A stretch of 63,262 nucleotides of DNA, the filler included, from Reclinomonas americana ATCC 50394 (Eukaryota): the NCBI GenBank assembly GCA_048213135.1. It is 12 parts of 12 records of this genome, joined end to end, with 100 filler letters (N's around TTAATTAATTAA, not from the genome) between each part and the next. Parts side by side here need not be neighbours in the genome. Positions count along the whole stretch, not along the records: positions 6,820 to 13,496 come from AFZH01018895.1; positions 13,597 to 16,394 come from AFZH01018896.1; positions 16,495 to 30,787 come from AFZH01018897.1; 9 more parts are not named here. One strand, given 5' to 3'. Position numbers and translations under genes: made by a program. The notes under the pieces were generated by a model, which was given only the letters and a program-made list of their open reading frames with translations, was not told the DNA's origin and did no database searches. Numbering within the stretch: the stretch's first letter is position 1; every line of letters starts with the position of its first letter. Shown one piece after another: positions 11,600 to 28,900 of this stretch.

Positions 11600-13900
11600 G
11601 AACACTGCATCAGACGACACATGATGACCAAAAAAATACCAATCAAAAAACAGAATTAAAAACTTCACTGAGCACCAGCTCCACCACCTTGACCAAGCAG
11701 ATCTCACCAGTCCCCTCTCTGGTATGAACCAGGGTGAGGTCCGGCTTGAGCCTGGCCAAGTTGGCGTGGTTGGCAATGTCCACCACCACAGGCAGCAAGC
11801 CAATGTCGACACACTCGCGCACCAGCTGGCACGCCACACCGTCCACCTTGGGGCGCCGCAACAGCGCGCCGCTTGGAGAACGCCAAACACGTTGTCGTGG
11901 CGCGTCGTCCACAAGCCCTTCAGCTTTTCACGGCTGTTGAGCAAGTGACCGAACGACTCCGACTCCTTGCCACAGAGTGGGCACAGCGAGGCAGGGCCAC
12001 CAGGGTTGCCGTTGAAGACCGCCGCCTTGTTGTTGAGCATGACGGAGTTGGTCCGCATCTTGCACAGGAAGCGCTGCTCCTTCTCGGTGATGCCGTTGTC
12101 CTGAGCCACCACGTCATGGGTTCCAGCAGCAGCCTTCTGCAGAGAGTCGACAAAGGCACCGCACTTCCGCAAGCGCCTTCCAGCTCACAATGTGGCGCTT
12201 GGAGTAGAAGTGTGACATCGAAGGCAAAAAGCGAGAGGCAAAAGGGAAACACAACACCATCGTCAGCCAGCCGTCCGACCACCAGCGGAGGCTGACCAGC
12301 AGCAGCAGCAGCAGCCGGATGCACCTCCACACTGACACCCAACTTCAGAGCGTGCCCGAGAGCAACACCCATCAGATTGGAGCGAACAGCGCGACGATCG
12401 CGAGGAGCGCTTTGGATCAGTGGCCACTTGAAACCGAGTACCTGCACCAGGAGCAACAGCAGCAGCACCAGCCGGAGGAGCAACAGGAGACAACAACACA
12501 GAGAAATACCGCTGTGGCGAGTGGCAACTGGCAGCTGCGTGCGATTGACGTCTGAGCCCTCGTTCGTCTGCCGGTACTTGGCCACCAAACCAGCAGTCGG
12601 TAACAGCGAGAAGTCGTCAACACCACCGACCGCCCTCACCGAGCAGTGGAACATGTGCTCCGCCACACGGCGAGTCAGCGGTCGGCGGTGTGTCAACAGC
12701 TTCACCGCCGAGTTGATCAAAAGAGAGGCCGCTCGTTCCACCACACAGAGTACAGGCCGAGACCACCTTTCGACAGCGGAGTGTAGAGGAAGGGGGTGCC
12801 GGAGTCGTTGCCGAGGCCAAGGCAGAGTCGGATGCTGTCGCGGATCTTGCGGTCGAATCTGGGGAGCACTTCCGGCTGAAGCTCCACGGCCGAAATGACA
12901 AAGGTGGCCTTGGGGAGGACGAAGCGGCGAACGGCATCCACCTTCTGGAGCGGCAACAGCGACGACTGCTTGATGGCCTTGATCGGAGTGAAGAGCTGCT
13001 TCTCCAGCATCTCCGCCACTTGCTTCTTCGCCTCACTTGCGCGAGTCGGTGAGTAGAACGGGTAGCCAAGCCAACGATCGCACTCGGTGAGAGATGACAT
13101 GGATCGCAACGCAGTGCCAGTCATCAGCAGCTCGGGATCGAACTCCTCCGCCACAAAGTTCTGCGCCTGCATTGGACCAGAGCCAACACCAATGACTTCT
13201 GTGGGTTGTTGGCGATGCCAGACCACTCGGCCAAAACGCTCGGACAGATCCAGGACCAGCTGCGCCTCACGAACGGAAGACACCACCACGTGACGATCAT
13301 CGGCAAAGGCACGCAGAAACACACACACACGAATGTCGGAATCACAGAAAGAGTAACCAACACGAAGGGCGCGAACGCCACGAATGAACACAAATGCCAT
13401 GACATTGTAGACAAAAGGACTGAGGACATCACCCTGCGGAACACCCCGAGCAGACAACATGACAGGTGTCACCTGAAAGTTGTCGAGTGATGCCACNNNN
13501 NNNNNNNNNNNNNNNNNNNNNNNNNNNNNNNNNNNNNNNNTTAATTAATTAANNNNNNNNNNNNNNNNNNNNNNNNNNNNNNNNNNNNNNNNNNNNGACG
13601 ATGTCGCCCTTGCCCTTCCAGATGTGGATGCGCATGCGGCGCATGCGGATGGAGTGCGGCGAGTGGCAGGAGCACAGAGCAATCTGGATAAAGTAAGCCA
13701 CCATGCCCGGCATACGTACCTGAGAGCAAAAGGAGCAGAGCAACAACGAGGCGGAGCAAGTGCCATCTACGCACACCACCACCCTAAATTCATGAGTCGA
13801 CAAGCTGATCGGAAACGCAATTGGCATGGACTCTGATGAAGGCCGAGGAGTGCACGGTACCAGTGGTGAACACAACAACTGCAGCGCTCGGAGTGAGAAT
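11600..13900 (-). mobile_element. Decayed R2-group (restriction-like endonuclease) non-LTR retrotransposon spanning a gap
   Basis: RT motifs GVPQGDVLSP and RAFADD, thumb LYTPLSKGGLGL, zinc knuckle CPLC..GHLLNS(R), RHDNV and LKPDL; IHIWKGKGD on the far side of the gap. Intronless, with motifs spread over several frames (frameshifts). Confidence 0.85.
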
Positions 13901-14452
13901 GAACGAGCCGCAGCTGGAAGGAACAGGCTGTGTCACGTTAGAGATCTGCGAAAGCGCAGCAGGTTAAGTGGGTGAAGCGGGTGCGTTGAAGCGCATGTGA
14001 GAGATGGTGTTCATCTTTGACCATTCGTTGTGATGAAGGCGGGGCACCGGTGTGCCTGCTGTCGATCGGAGGAACGAATAATCTGCAGTGTCATGCGAGG
14101 AGACATTCGTGATCGCATGTGTGATCATGCGGCAAGGGTACTGCGGCAGAGCAAACACGCAGCGCATGAGCAACACAATCAATGATCCTGGTGAAAGAAT
14201 GCAACTGACTACACACCAGAGACACGAAAGAGAGAGAGAGAAAGAGAGAGAGAGAGAGTAACAGAGACGCAATCGAATCTGCGTGAATGCGCCTGCTCAC
14301 AGAAATTACAGTGAGTGACGCAGCGGGAGGACAGTGAGACATCAAGTGGGACCATCGCAGCGATTGACGAAGCAGGAGCGGCGACTTGATGTTCATTGCA
14401 TAATCGCAAGGGAGAGACAGACAGAGAGAGAGAGAAGGCGCTCATCGTATCG

Positions 14453-16050
14453 ATGCAAATCGTGTCGCAGCTGATGCGCACCTTGGGCACAGGCAGGCGT
14501 CGACGCACACTAGTAATCATCGCTCTATGTACCCTTCTCCTGCTCGTCGTCATGGTGTGGTCGCGAAAAGGCGTTGGCGCGATCGACGGCGATGTTACCA
14601 GCACGCAAGTGCGTCAGGAGTGCACGCACACACATCGCCCGCACTCATCGCTTCTCACACATTGTGATCGCTCGTACGCACAGTCATTGGTGCGACATGT
14701 GCCACGCGGGCAGCTGGATCTCGGCATGCCTCCAGCAGGGTGGTTTCCCGAGTGCAATCGCCTCGAGAATGATTTCCACACGCGTCAGCTGTCACCGGGC
14801 CAGGTGCTGCTGACTGCTGGCTCGGATGTCTCCAACGGCATCCAGCTGGACAGCGCGTTGCTGCAACGACTGGAGGAGCATGCCGGTCTCGACAAGGTGG
14901 TGCTCTTCACCACAGTGACCATTGATCCCGACAAGGCGTTTCGTCAACCGTTCACTGTGTCTGTGTGCGTCTCCGAGTAGCTAATGCGGTCGTGCGCGCA
15001 GAACATACGATGCCTGGGTGCACAACTGGTTGGAGTGGGTGCTGCCGTGGACAAGTCGACGCGGCATGAAACCTCTGATCGTGTGCTCAGATGACACCAC
15101 GTGCTCGTCGCTGGAGAACCGTGGCGTGCCCGCCGAGTACCTGTGGACGGATCGTGTCGGGTGGACGGGCTATCTGTTCACCGAAAAGTTTTCGCAGGCG
15201 GCCGTCAACATCAAGTGGCTGTACGGGTTGGCGATCGTGCGCGCCGGTATGCAGGCACTGTTCCTGGACTTGGACGTGGCGACGCACAAGGATCCACTGC
15301 AGCACCTCTTTTGGTACGACCAGGGCGGAGCGCCGGTGGCTGTGGCCGAGATGCAGATGATTACCGACGTGCTCGACGGCAATCTCACCCCACACTGGTG
15401 GCAGAGGTCGCGTCTGGATCGCATTCGGCGACCGTGGTCTGTGTGTCGCACGCATCGTTTCGTGCAGCGAGGTGTGGCGCCTGACTCGCGCTCTCTCCAC
15501 CAGGTACATGTACTATCAGTACTGTCCACTGCAGCAGTACAGGTACTGCCCCACGTTCCCGGTCACGTACTGCGCGTCGACCGGCATCTGGTTGGCGCAG
15601 CCCACCGCCCGCGTAATTAATCTGCTGGCACAAGTTGCGACTGCGTATCTCTTCAGCAATGTGTGCGGCCGCTGAAAAGTGCTTCGGGTGGCAGATGGTG
15701 GACGTGCTGTCGTGGGGGTTGGAGGGTCGGCTGACCTGGGAACAACAGCTGTTCAACACGCTAGCGGTGCGCTGCTCGTTCGCCCCCCGTGATCGCGTCC
15801 ACGACGAGAGTGTCGCTTACGTCGCTCTTGACAGGATCTGCATGTGCGCGAAGGCCTGCTGCTAGAGATCGTGGACGGCCGACTGGCCAACAACCTGCCA
15901 GGCTTCGACCTGCTCGACCAACTCCAAGGCAGGCACTACGCTGCCGAGGAGCGCCGCGTGATCTCGCATGCTGGGTGGATACGCGGTTCCGAAAAGGAAA
16001 AGGAGATGCGGCAGCGCGGTCTGTGGAAGACCGTGCAAAGTTCATTGTAA
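14453..16050 (+). CDS. Type II membrane nucleotide-diphospho-sugar transferase (GT77-like)
   Basis: N-terminal TM (LVIIALCTLLLLVVMVW), VHNWL, KWLYGLAIVRAGMQALFLDLDV (DxD), STGIWLA, WEQQLFN, VISHAGW..K; about 5 introns. Confidence 0.75.
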
Positions 16051-16132
16051 AAACAACGTCGTCATCGTCCCGTCGTCAGTTCCGTCGCGGCCAGCGAAGC
16101 AGTACCGTTCCGTCGCCATCGCTGCGCACTGC

Positions 16133-16394
16133 ATGGAGCTACTGGCACAGTATGGCAGCAGCAGCAGCAGCAGCAGCGATGACGACGACAATGGTGGCGA
16201 GGAGAAGGACAAGGAGGGGCAAGTTGTCGCGCGCAAACGACCAGCATCCGAGTCGGTGGAGGCACTGGAGCAGTCGGCAGGTGCGTCAGCACCAGTCGTG
16301 CGCAAACGACAGGTGCCACACACCGAAGGCAACTGGGCCACACTAGTCTTCATCGATGGTTCGTCCGTCGTCACCTTGCAGTGCATGCATCATC
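16133..16394 (+). CDS. USB1: U6 snRNA phosphodiesterase USB1, N-terminal part (runs into the gap)
   Basis: MELLAQYGSSSS start and RKRQVPHTEGNWATLVFI, matching the USB1 R..PH..GNWAT motif. Confidence 0.75.
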
Positions 16395-16494
16395 NNNNNN
16401 NNNNNNNNNNNNNNNNNNNNNNNNNNNNNNNNNNNNNNTTAATTAATTAANNNNNNNNNNNNNNNNNNNNNNNNNNNNNNNNNNNNNNNNNNNN

Positions 16495-17062
16495 CGCACA
16501 CACCGTGAGAGACAGAGAGGAGAAAAGAGAGGAGAGAAGCGAGGAGGAGGGCACGCACAGTGGAGGATCCGCCACCATTGCACGAGCCGTAGCTCCAGGC
16601 CTTGGCCGGGCATCGATAGAGGCCTGCCAGCAATGCAATCAATCACATATGCATGCATGCACATGTGAGCACACACACAGAGAGAGACGCACCTTTTGCG
16701 GGGCCAGCAACTGTGCCCGACACTGTGTGTGCGCGCACGCGTATGTGTGTGAGTGAGTAGTGAAGGAGTGTGAGCAATCAATCACACACACACACAAGAG
16801 CACGGAACTGCACATGGCGGTGTTATCCGAGTGACCAAACACACACCAGCCACAGTTGGAGTGCGACACACAGCCGCCACAATCCTCCACCAAGTAGCAC
16901 GTCTGTGTAAGTTCAGAGAGTAAGTGAAGTGAGCGTGTGAGAAGTGCGTGTTATACACTCTCTCAGACGCACATCGGAGGGCATGTCGATGTTGCTCGCA
17001 TGCACAGCGACGACTGCGATGATGAGCAGAAGCGCAAAGTGCGCCAGCACAGAGCGCAACAT
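16495..17062 (-). CDS. Signal-peptide PSI-domain (plexin repeat) protein, 3' end in the gap
   Basis: MLRSVLAHFALLLIIAVVAVHA; spliced CYLVEDCGGCVSHSNCGWC..CMSG..CPAKAWSYGSC. Confidence 0.7.
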
Positions 17063-17129
17063 GAGAGTGAGCGAGTGAGTGGAAAAAAACAAGCGAAAAT
17101 TTCTCACATCAATCAAGCTGTGTCGAGAC

Positions 17130-18581
17130 ATGGTCGAGCCCGGAATCGTCTATGTTGTTGCGTTCCCCTCGCGCTCATGTACCCAGTGTGTTCTCCAAGT
17201 CGCCTCATCTCTCTCTCTCTCTGCGCTTGTGTATGCACGGGAAACAGGGTCACTTGCCACCATTCTTTCCGCCAGCAAAGGTACTGTGGCTGTCACACAA
17301 GCGTGTGCATGTGTCTGTGTACGAGCCTCTGCTCTCTCTCCACACACACGCGCGTGCAATCGCCGTTTCCTGTGGGCGCGCGCGTGTGTGTGCGATGTAC
17401 ATGGCGGTGATGTGAATCAGCACTCTCTCTTCTCCCTACGCCCTCACCGCCTTCTTGTTGTTGCTGCAGGTGAGGCGGCTAATGGAGGAGTTTGGCACCG
17501 TCGACCGAGTGTACCTGGAGCCGGAGACACAGCGGGAACGAGAGAAGCGGTTAAAACGCGGTGGTAATCGCAAGGTGTAGTGTGATGTCACGACGACACG
17601 AGCGTGCGTGTGTGTGCCTGCTCACCCTGCTTGTTCGCAGATCATGTACAAGGAGGGTTGGGTAGAGTTCACAGACAAGCGAGTGGCCAAGGCCGTGGCG
17701 CGCACTCTGAATGGCACTCCCATCGGTGCGGTGTCTCAATCTCGATCATCTCTCCGTGCATTGCTGACGGCGTTTGCGGTGAGCAGAGAAGCGCGGCCAT
17801 TGGGCCAACGACATGTGGGTCCTCAAGTACCTGCGCAAGTTCACGTGGAAGCACCTGACGGAGAGCATGGGTGAGTGGCCGACGTCAGCATGCGACTGGC
17901 GAGTTGTCTCCGTCTCACTCTCGCTCTCTCCCTCTCATGCACAGCGCGAGACCAGGCGGCCAAGGACCAGCGGATGCGACATGAAGTGGAGGCAGCGAGA
18001 CGAGAGCACGACGACTACCTGCAGCAAGTGGCGCAGGCCAAGGTCGTGGAGGCCATGGAAACGAGAAGAGTGCGTGCATGCGCGCACGCGTGTGTGTATG
18101 CATGTTCTTGGCTCGCCGACTCATCGTGCGCGGGTGGTTTGGCAGGCGGAGAAAACTGGCGTCACCAGCAAGCCTCGTGTGCGTCGCGTGTTCCGGCAGC
18201 TCAAGGCGATTGTCAGTGACGTGGATGGCGTTGGGGCGACGTCGAAACAGGCGACAGCTGCTGCTGGTGCGGATGAGGCGATTGTGCTGCCGGCCGAGAT
18301 CAAGCTGCCCGGCAACCCGAGCGGTGCGAAGAAGAGCAAGAAGCGACAAAAGGGCCCAGCCAGCATCGAGTTGCTTGAAAAGGTGGGTGCGACGATCGAT
18401 TGGCTCGTGTCACACGCTGTAGCTCATTTTTCTTGTTGCGTTCACACGACAGCTGTTCACGGGTCGGTCGAAGAGTCGTGGAGATCGTGGCGGTGATGCC
18501 GATGACGACGATGGGGATGAGCAGGTGCCTCGGAAGCGAAGGAAACTCAGCTCCGGTGCTGCCAGCGACGGCGATGACTGA
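17130..18581 (+). CDS. ESF2: Pre-rRNA processing protein ESF2/ABT1
   Basis: Spliced GIVYVGHLPP..VRRLMEEFGTVDRVYL..YKEGWVEFTDKRVAKAVARTLNGTPIG..DMWVLKYLRKFTWKHLTE. Confidence 0.9.
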
Positions 18582-18644
18582 GTGCAGAAGAGTGAACGAA
18601 GGCAGTGTCCTCATGTCATTTCGTCCTCATTTCTCTTCCGATCA

Positions 18645-20353
18645 ATGGCCACGCGCGTTGCATCCCTCCGTGAACGCGGCAACGAGCTGTTTCGTGCCAA
18701 GTCGCACACCGCAGCGGCCGAGCAGTACACGCTGGCCCTCGAGGCGTGTGCAGAGGTGCGAGGCACCGCCGATCAAGTGAGCGATGCCGACGAAGCTGCA
18801 TTGTGGGCCAATCGCGCCGCCTGTGCACTGGCCCTCGTTGCGTCGCCTGCCCCCCACTGGCACACGTCTCTCCTCTCCAGCAATCTCACCAGCAATGCAC
18901 ACAGCACGATGCCGTGTCGGCGATTGATGATTGCAGTCATGCCTTGGAGCTGCAGCCGCGTTACGTCAAGGCGCTGTACAGGAGGCACTCGGCGCTGGTG
19001 GAGTGCAGTCGACGCGAAGAGGCGGTGGCAGGTGCGTTCCTGTTTCTCTCGCTCTCTCTCTCTCTCCATTCTCTCTGTCTCATGCCCGGCAGATCTGAGA
19101 CAAGTGCTGCAGATCGAGCCCAACAACGAGAGTGCCATGCGGGCACTGACGGCTCTTGCCGACGCGCTGGAGGTCGTGCCGGTGGAGTTCAAGCAGGAAC
19201 CGGTGAGTGTGCTGCATGCAGTCGCGCGTGATGGTGCTCATTGCATCCGCTCACATGTCTTTGCTGCCAGCTGCGTCATGCGGCCGTCACCGCAGCGCAC
19301 CTGCCACGACCACTCACCACACACTCGTATGCGGCGTCGCCGGATGGCATCGATGCCAATCTCGTCATCTTCTTGCATGGCGGTACGTTGCGGCTGGCGT
19401 GTGCGATCGTGACTCTTCTCACGTTGCTTCGCTTGGCAGTGGGTGACTCGCACGAGAATTTCATGACGCTGGGTCGCCGGATGGCGCTGCCGCAGACGGC
19501 GTTAGTGGCGCTGCGTGCGCCACTGGAGCTGCCACTCGGGCTCGGATGGTGGTGGTTTCCGGCCAACATTGCCGGCCTCGATGCCACCGACATGGAAGGC
19601 GAGCGCTCGACCCAACAGCGCGTGTTTGGATGCGTATGCTCACTCCACAACCACCATGTGCCGTGTAGATCTCGGCCTCGAGGACCTGGAGCCTGCTGTG
19701 TGCGTTCCCGGTCTCGCACGTTCCGTCAGGAGTCTGCTCCAGTTCATCAGCAGGCTGGAGGGCGAGCTCGGATACGCTCGTGAACACATTTTCCTGTACG
19801 GCTACTCGCAGGTGACTCGGCAGAGAGAAGAGTGGCGAGACTCATACTCAGAGATCGCTCACTTTTGTTGTGTAAGGGTGCCTGCTTGGCACTGGCGACG
19901 GCACTGGAGTGCGAACGGGAAGCAGGCTCCGCCCCACTCGGCGGCATTGTCGGTGTCTCGATCTCCGAGGTGGACGTGTTGCAAGAGTCGCTGGCCACAC
20001 GGTCGCCACAAGCGCTGCGCACGCCGGTGCTGTTGACACATGGTCGGCGCGACAGCACGCCATCATTGACTCGAGTTCGCGAGCTTGTCGCGGCGGTGAA
20101 TGCACTCTGCACCGCCGGCGACTCGTCCCCGTCTGCGATCGCGGTGCACGAGTGCGACAAGGCGCACGACATGGTCAACAGCGAGGTGCGTCCGTGCATC
20201 ACCACCCTTCCCCCGTCTCGTCATTCTCATCCCTCACCACGACTGCAGGCAGAATCACGGGCGATTATGGAATTCTTTGCTGCGCATTTGCGACGACGGC
20301 AGCCGCAGTTGGAGAGAGAGCAGGGGTTGTACGAGGTCAAGACTGGCAAATAG
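18645..20353 (+). CDS. TPR (dicarboxylate-clamp type) domain fused to a phospholipase/carboxylesterase alpha/beta hydrolase
   Basis: LRERGNELF..ANRAAC..KALYRR TPRs; then NLVIFLHG, GYSQG nucleophile motif, LLTHGRRD and KAHDM. Joined in frame by intron 19203-19270. Confidence 0.8.
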
Positions 20354-20397
20354 ACACTGATTGGTATTGCTTTCATTAACAAACGGCACGCGTCACA

Positions 20398-25342
<4,945 letters not shown>

Positions 25343-25979
25343 TTTTTTGCGTTGCGTGTGTGAAATGTGTTTGCCATGGACAAACGAATGCAATTGCGGC
25401 AAGAGCACTGTCCACTGTCCATTGTCCACGATGTCGCGCGGCGATGGCGAAGGTCGCGCCTCTTTGCGCATGGTTCGTGTTTTCACAGAGAGACATGTGA
25501 GGGAGAGTGTGTGAGGGGAGAGAGAGAGAGAGAGGTGGGGGTGTTGTGGCACGCTTCTGCAATTCTCAATCTTGTTTTGGCATTGACACACACTCTTCTG
25601 CTGCTTCTTTTCACTCTCACTCTCTTGCGTGATTGAGGCACGCTTTTTCCGCCTGTTTTTTCCGTTTCGCGATGAGAGCATCAGCAGTGCGGGCGTCGCC
25701 AAACGACGATAACCCACCGTTGATTTCGATCAAGTGTCATTGTGATGAGGAGGGCGATGGCGCCTCGCTTGTCTTCTCGGTCCGTGTGTGTGCGCGTCTT
25801 TGTCGTTGAACTGTCACGCCATTTCCCACGCACGCACACACGCACCACCTACGCCCCCGCTGTATATGTCTCGCGCGTGTGTGCATGTGTGCGTGTGTGT
25901 GTGTTTGTTTGGGCGCGCGCAGACGGAGTTTGTGATTTTTGGTTCATTTTCGTTCACACTCCCACACACACAGAGTGGA

Positions 25980-28900
25980 ATGAAGACGCCGAGTTTCGGT
26001 GGCGCGCCACACCCAGCACACATTCACGCGCATGCGGATAAGACCGGCTACCTCTTTGTACATAGTTGCGTGCGTGTGTGTGTGTGTGTGTGACAGTGAA
26101 GAGAAATTGACTGTTTGTGTGTGTGTGCAGGATTCGATGAGGATGAACCGACGCCGACGCCCATGACGCCTGGCGAGCGTGTGTGGATTGTTTTGGCACA
26201 TGATATGCTGTGGTTTCACACGTCGCCTGAGGTTCTGTCTTTGTTGTGTGACTGGCTCTCTCATTTCTCTCATTTCTCTCACGCTCACACAACACATCGC
26301 AGCTGCCCGCGGTGGGTCAGATTAGATTACGTGGGTCGGCGATCATGCCGACTACGGTGAGAGCGTTTGCAATGCTGGCCAAGGGTCCCGACGGTGCCTG
26401 GGTGTTGTACGACGGCGATTCGGTGAACGACAATAATATTCGATCGTGGATCACACACGTTCGCAGCAACCAAAGAGTGCGCAGCTGTTTCTCTCCCCCA
26501 CTCTCTCCGCTCGTGTCATCGCCGCGGTGCTCACTCTTGCGCCTCTCTCGCATCGTGCAGGGCGTGGAGAGCGACGACGATCGCGAAGCTCGAAAGAAGG
26601 TCGCCGAGGAGCATGTTGCGTCTGCAGCTGTTGTCGCCGTGCCTCTCGCCCCTGCTCACCATTCCCTCCCCGTCGCAGGCCGATCGTCATGGACCGGTGT
26701 ACGCCATCTCCAAGTGTGGTTTCCTCATGGACAAGAGTGCGTCGAAACGCCCTCCTCTCTCTCTCTCTCGCTCCCCCCCCTGCGTGTGACCGTCTCACAT
26801 GACTGTGTGCTCGTGCACCATAGCTGCACACTCGACCAAGTTCTGCGTGCTCAGCGGCCCCGAATTCCGCGTGTACCGCAACGTAGAGGTGCTGCACTTG
26901 GTTTCACGAGTCTGCATGTACTCGCGTTGTGTTCGCTAAATAATCGCCCTTCGTCACAGTCGGGAATGGAGCTACTAATTCACATGCATGGCTGCAAGGT
27001 GGAGCAGGCGTCGATGGGTGGTGACAAGAAGCAGCTCGAGCTGCGTGTCACCGATCGCTTCGGTCAGCGTGTGCTCACCCTGGGACCGGCGTTTGGCGCA
27101 CGATTGGCCGACATGGCGCACTGGTTGTCCCACATGCGTTCTGCGTCGACGGTGCGACTCACCTCACACGCTCTCCATGTGTGTGTGTGTGCGCGCGCAT
27201 CTCTCTCACATACTTTCGTTGACCAACAACAGGACTACGAGCTCGTGCATGCAAAAATGATCTTTTCGCGCATGTCCACCGAGTTGCACATGCTGACGGA
27301 CTCGCAACGCCTGATGCCGCCCGGCATCAGTGTCAATGGAGCGCCGCGATCGGCGCACAATGGCCACTCGGCCGCTGCTCTCTCACCTGATCTCCTGACG
27401 CCACCGACGCCGCCCGACACAGAGTCTGACGACAGCTCGTTTGCGCGTGTGCCGACGCCGGAGCCACTGGGTGCGGGCCGTGCCGGGGGTGCGGGTGGGC
27501 CGTCTGCTGCCAACGGTGCAGCAGGAGGTGGCGGTGGTGGTGCAAATGGAGCTGCCGCCAAGCCGCCCGCTAGACCACTTCGTGCGGCAGCCGCCACCTA
27601 TCAGGGTGCTCTAACGAGCATGTTTGATACATCGGCACTGGTTGGCGCCGTCACGAATGCGACGAAGCGGAAAGGTGCCGTGGACAACCCCGACAGCGCA
27701 GGTGTCGCAGGCGCAGCGACGCATGAGAACGGCGCGGCCGCAGCCTATGCAGCATCAGCCGCCGCCGCACCAACTGAAGAGGAGGGTGGCGACTTGCTAC
27801 AGCGTCATCACCAGCACTACCATGCACGCAATGTGGATTCGTTTTCGAGTGTCTCGCTGTCACGGTTACCGCTCTACAGTTCGGAGACGTACACGTCGGA
27901 GGACGGCACCTCCACCATCGCATCACTGGCCGACTCTCATGCCGACAGGGCGGTGCATCGTAGTTTGGCCGCCACTGCTGCTGCCTCACACATTCGGTCG
28001 AGTTCCGACTCGGTGAGCGGCGCGAGTCATCCTCCGCCGTTTCGCCGCGTCGATTCCGATCCCGAAGCCGTCACGCGTCATCTTGCAGTTACGCAGAAGC
28101 TTGTCGCGTGTCTCTCTTGATGGCCCTGACGCGTGTGAGTGCGCCCGCCAGCGTGCCGAATCGGAAGACCTCAACACCGCCCTGCAAGACTGCACCGATT
28201 TCACGAATCAGTCACCGCCCTCGCCCATGTCTGTGGGACACAGCCCCAGTAGTGTGCGCAGCGATTTTGGACTGATGGAGAACGGGCGCCACGTTCCAAT
28301 CCCCATGATTCAATTCACGCCACCTGACCACCAGCCACCGCTGGTGCCGGTAAGTTCTTGTGCACCCAGTTGTCTTCACTGCTCGTCAGTGTGTCCTCAA
28401 GAAACACTTTCCACGAGTGCAGACCATAAGTCCATTGTCGTTGCGGAAGGGCGTCACATTTGCGGACTTTGTGGTGGAGGTGCGACCACCACCGAAACGA
28501 CCGCAGTCGTCGGCCATCACTGCACAGCAACGAATGACGCAGGTGCGTGACGAGCAGTTGGCCAGCATGTTTTTCATGTCTCGATCGCTCATGTGTTTTT
28601 GCGCCACCGACACAGAACAAGACCAAGTTCGACGACACAAAAGCCAAACTCAAGGAGCGCCTGCGTGAAAAAGTACGAAAATTGCAGCAAAAGGTTTGTT
28701 GGTCAAGCGACAAGATGTGTGTGCTGACCGGCGACACTCATTCCTTTTGCATTTGGCGTGCAGCCGGATCCGCGACAAGTGCTGAAGCATGTCGGCGCGA
28801 TGGCTGCAGCTGCGGGTCATCACGATGCAGACAATACCGCGTCGGCAACCAGGGAAGAAGAGGACACAACAGCAGTGACGACTGCGGTTACGGCGTTTTC

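Noticed and set aside
11150..11600. U2 snRNA or rRNA target site beside the retroelement; tRNA or snRNA genes in the window
   Set aside because: I recognised no matching sequence by eye; a covariance-model search is needed to exclude divergent RNAs.
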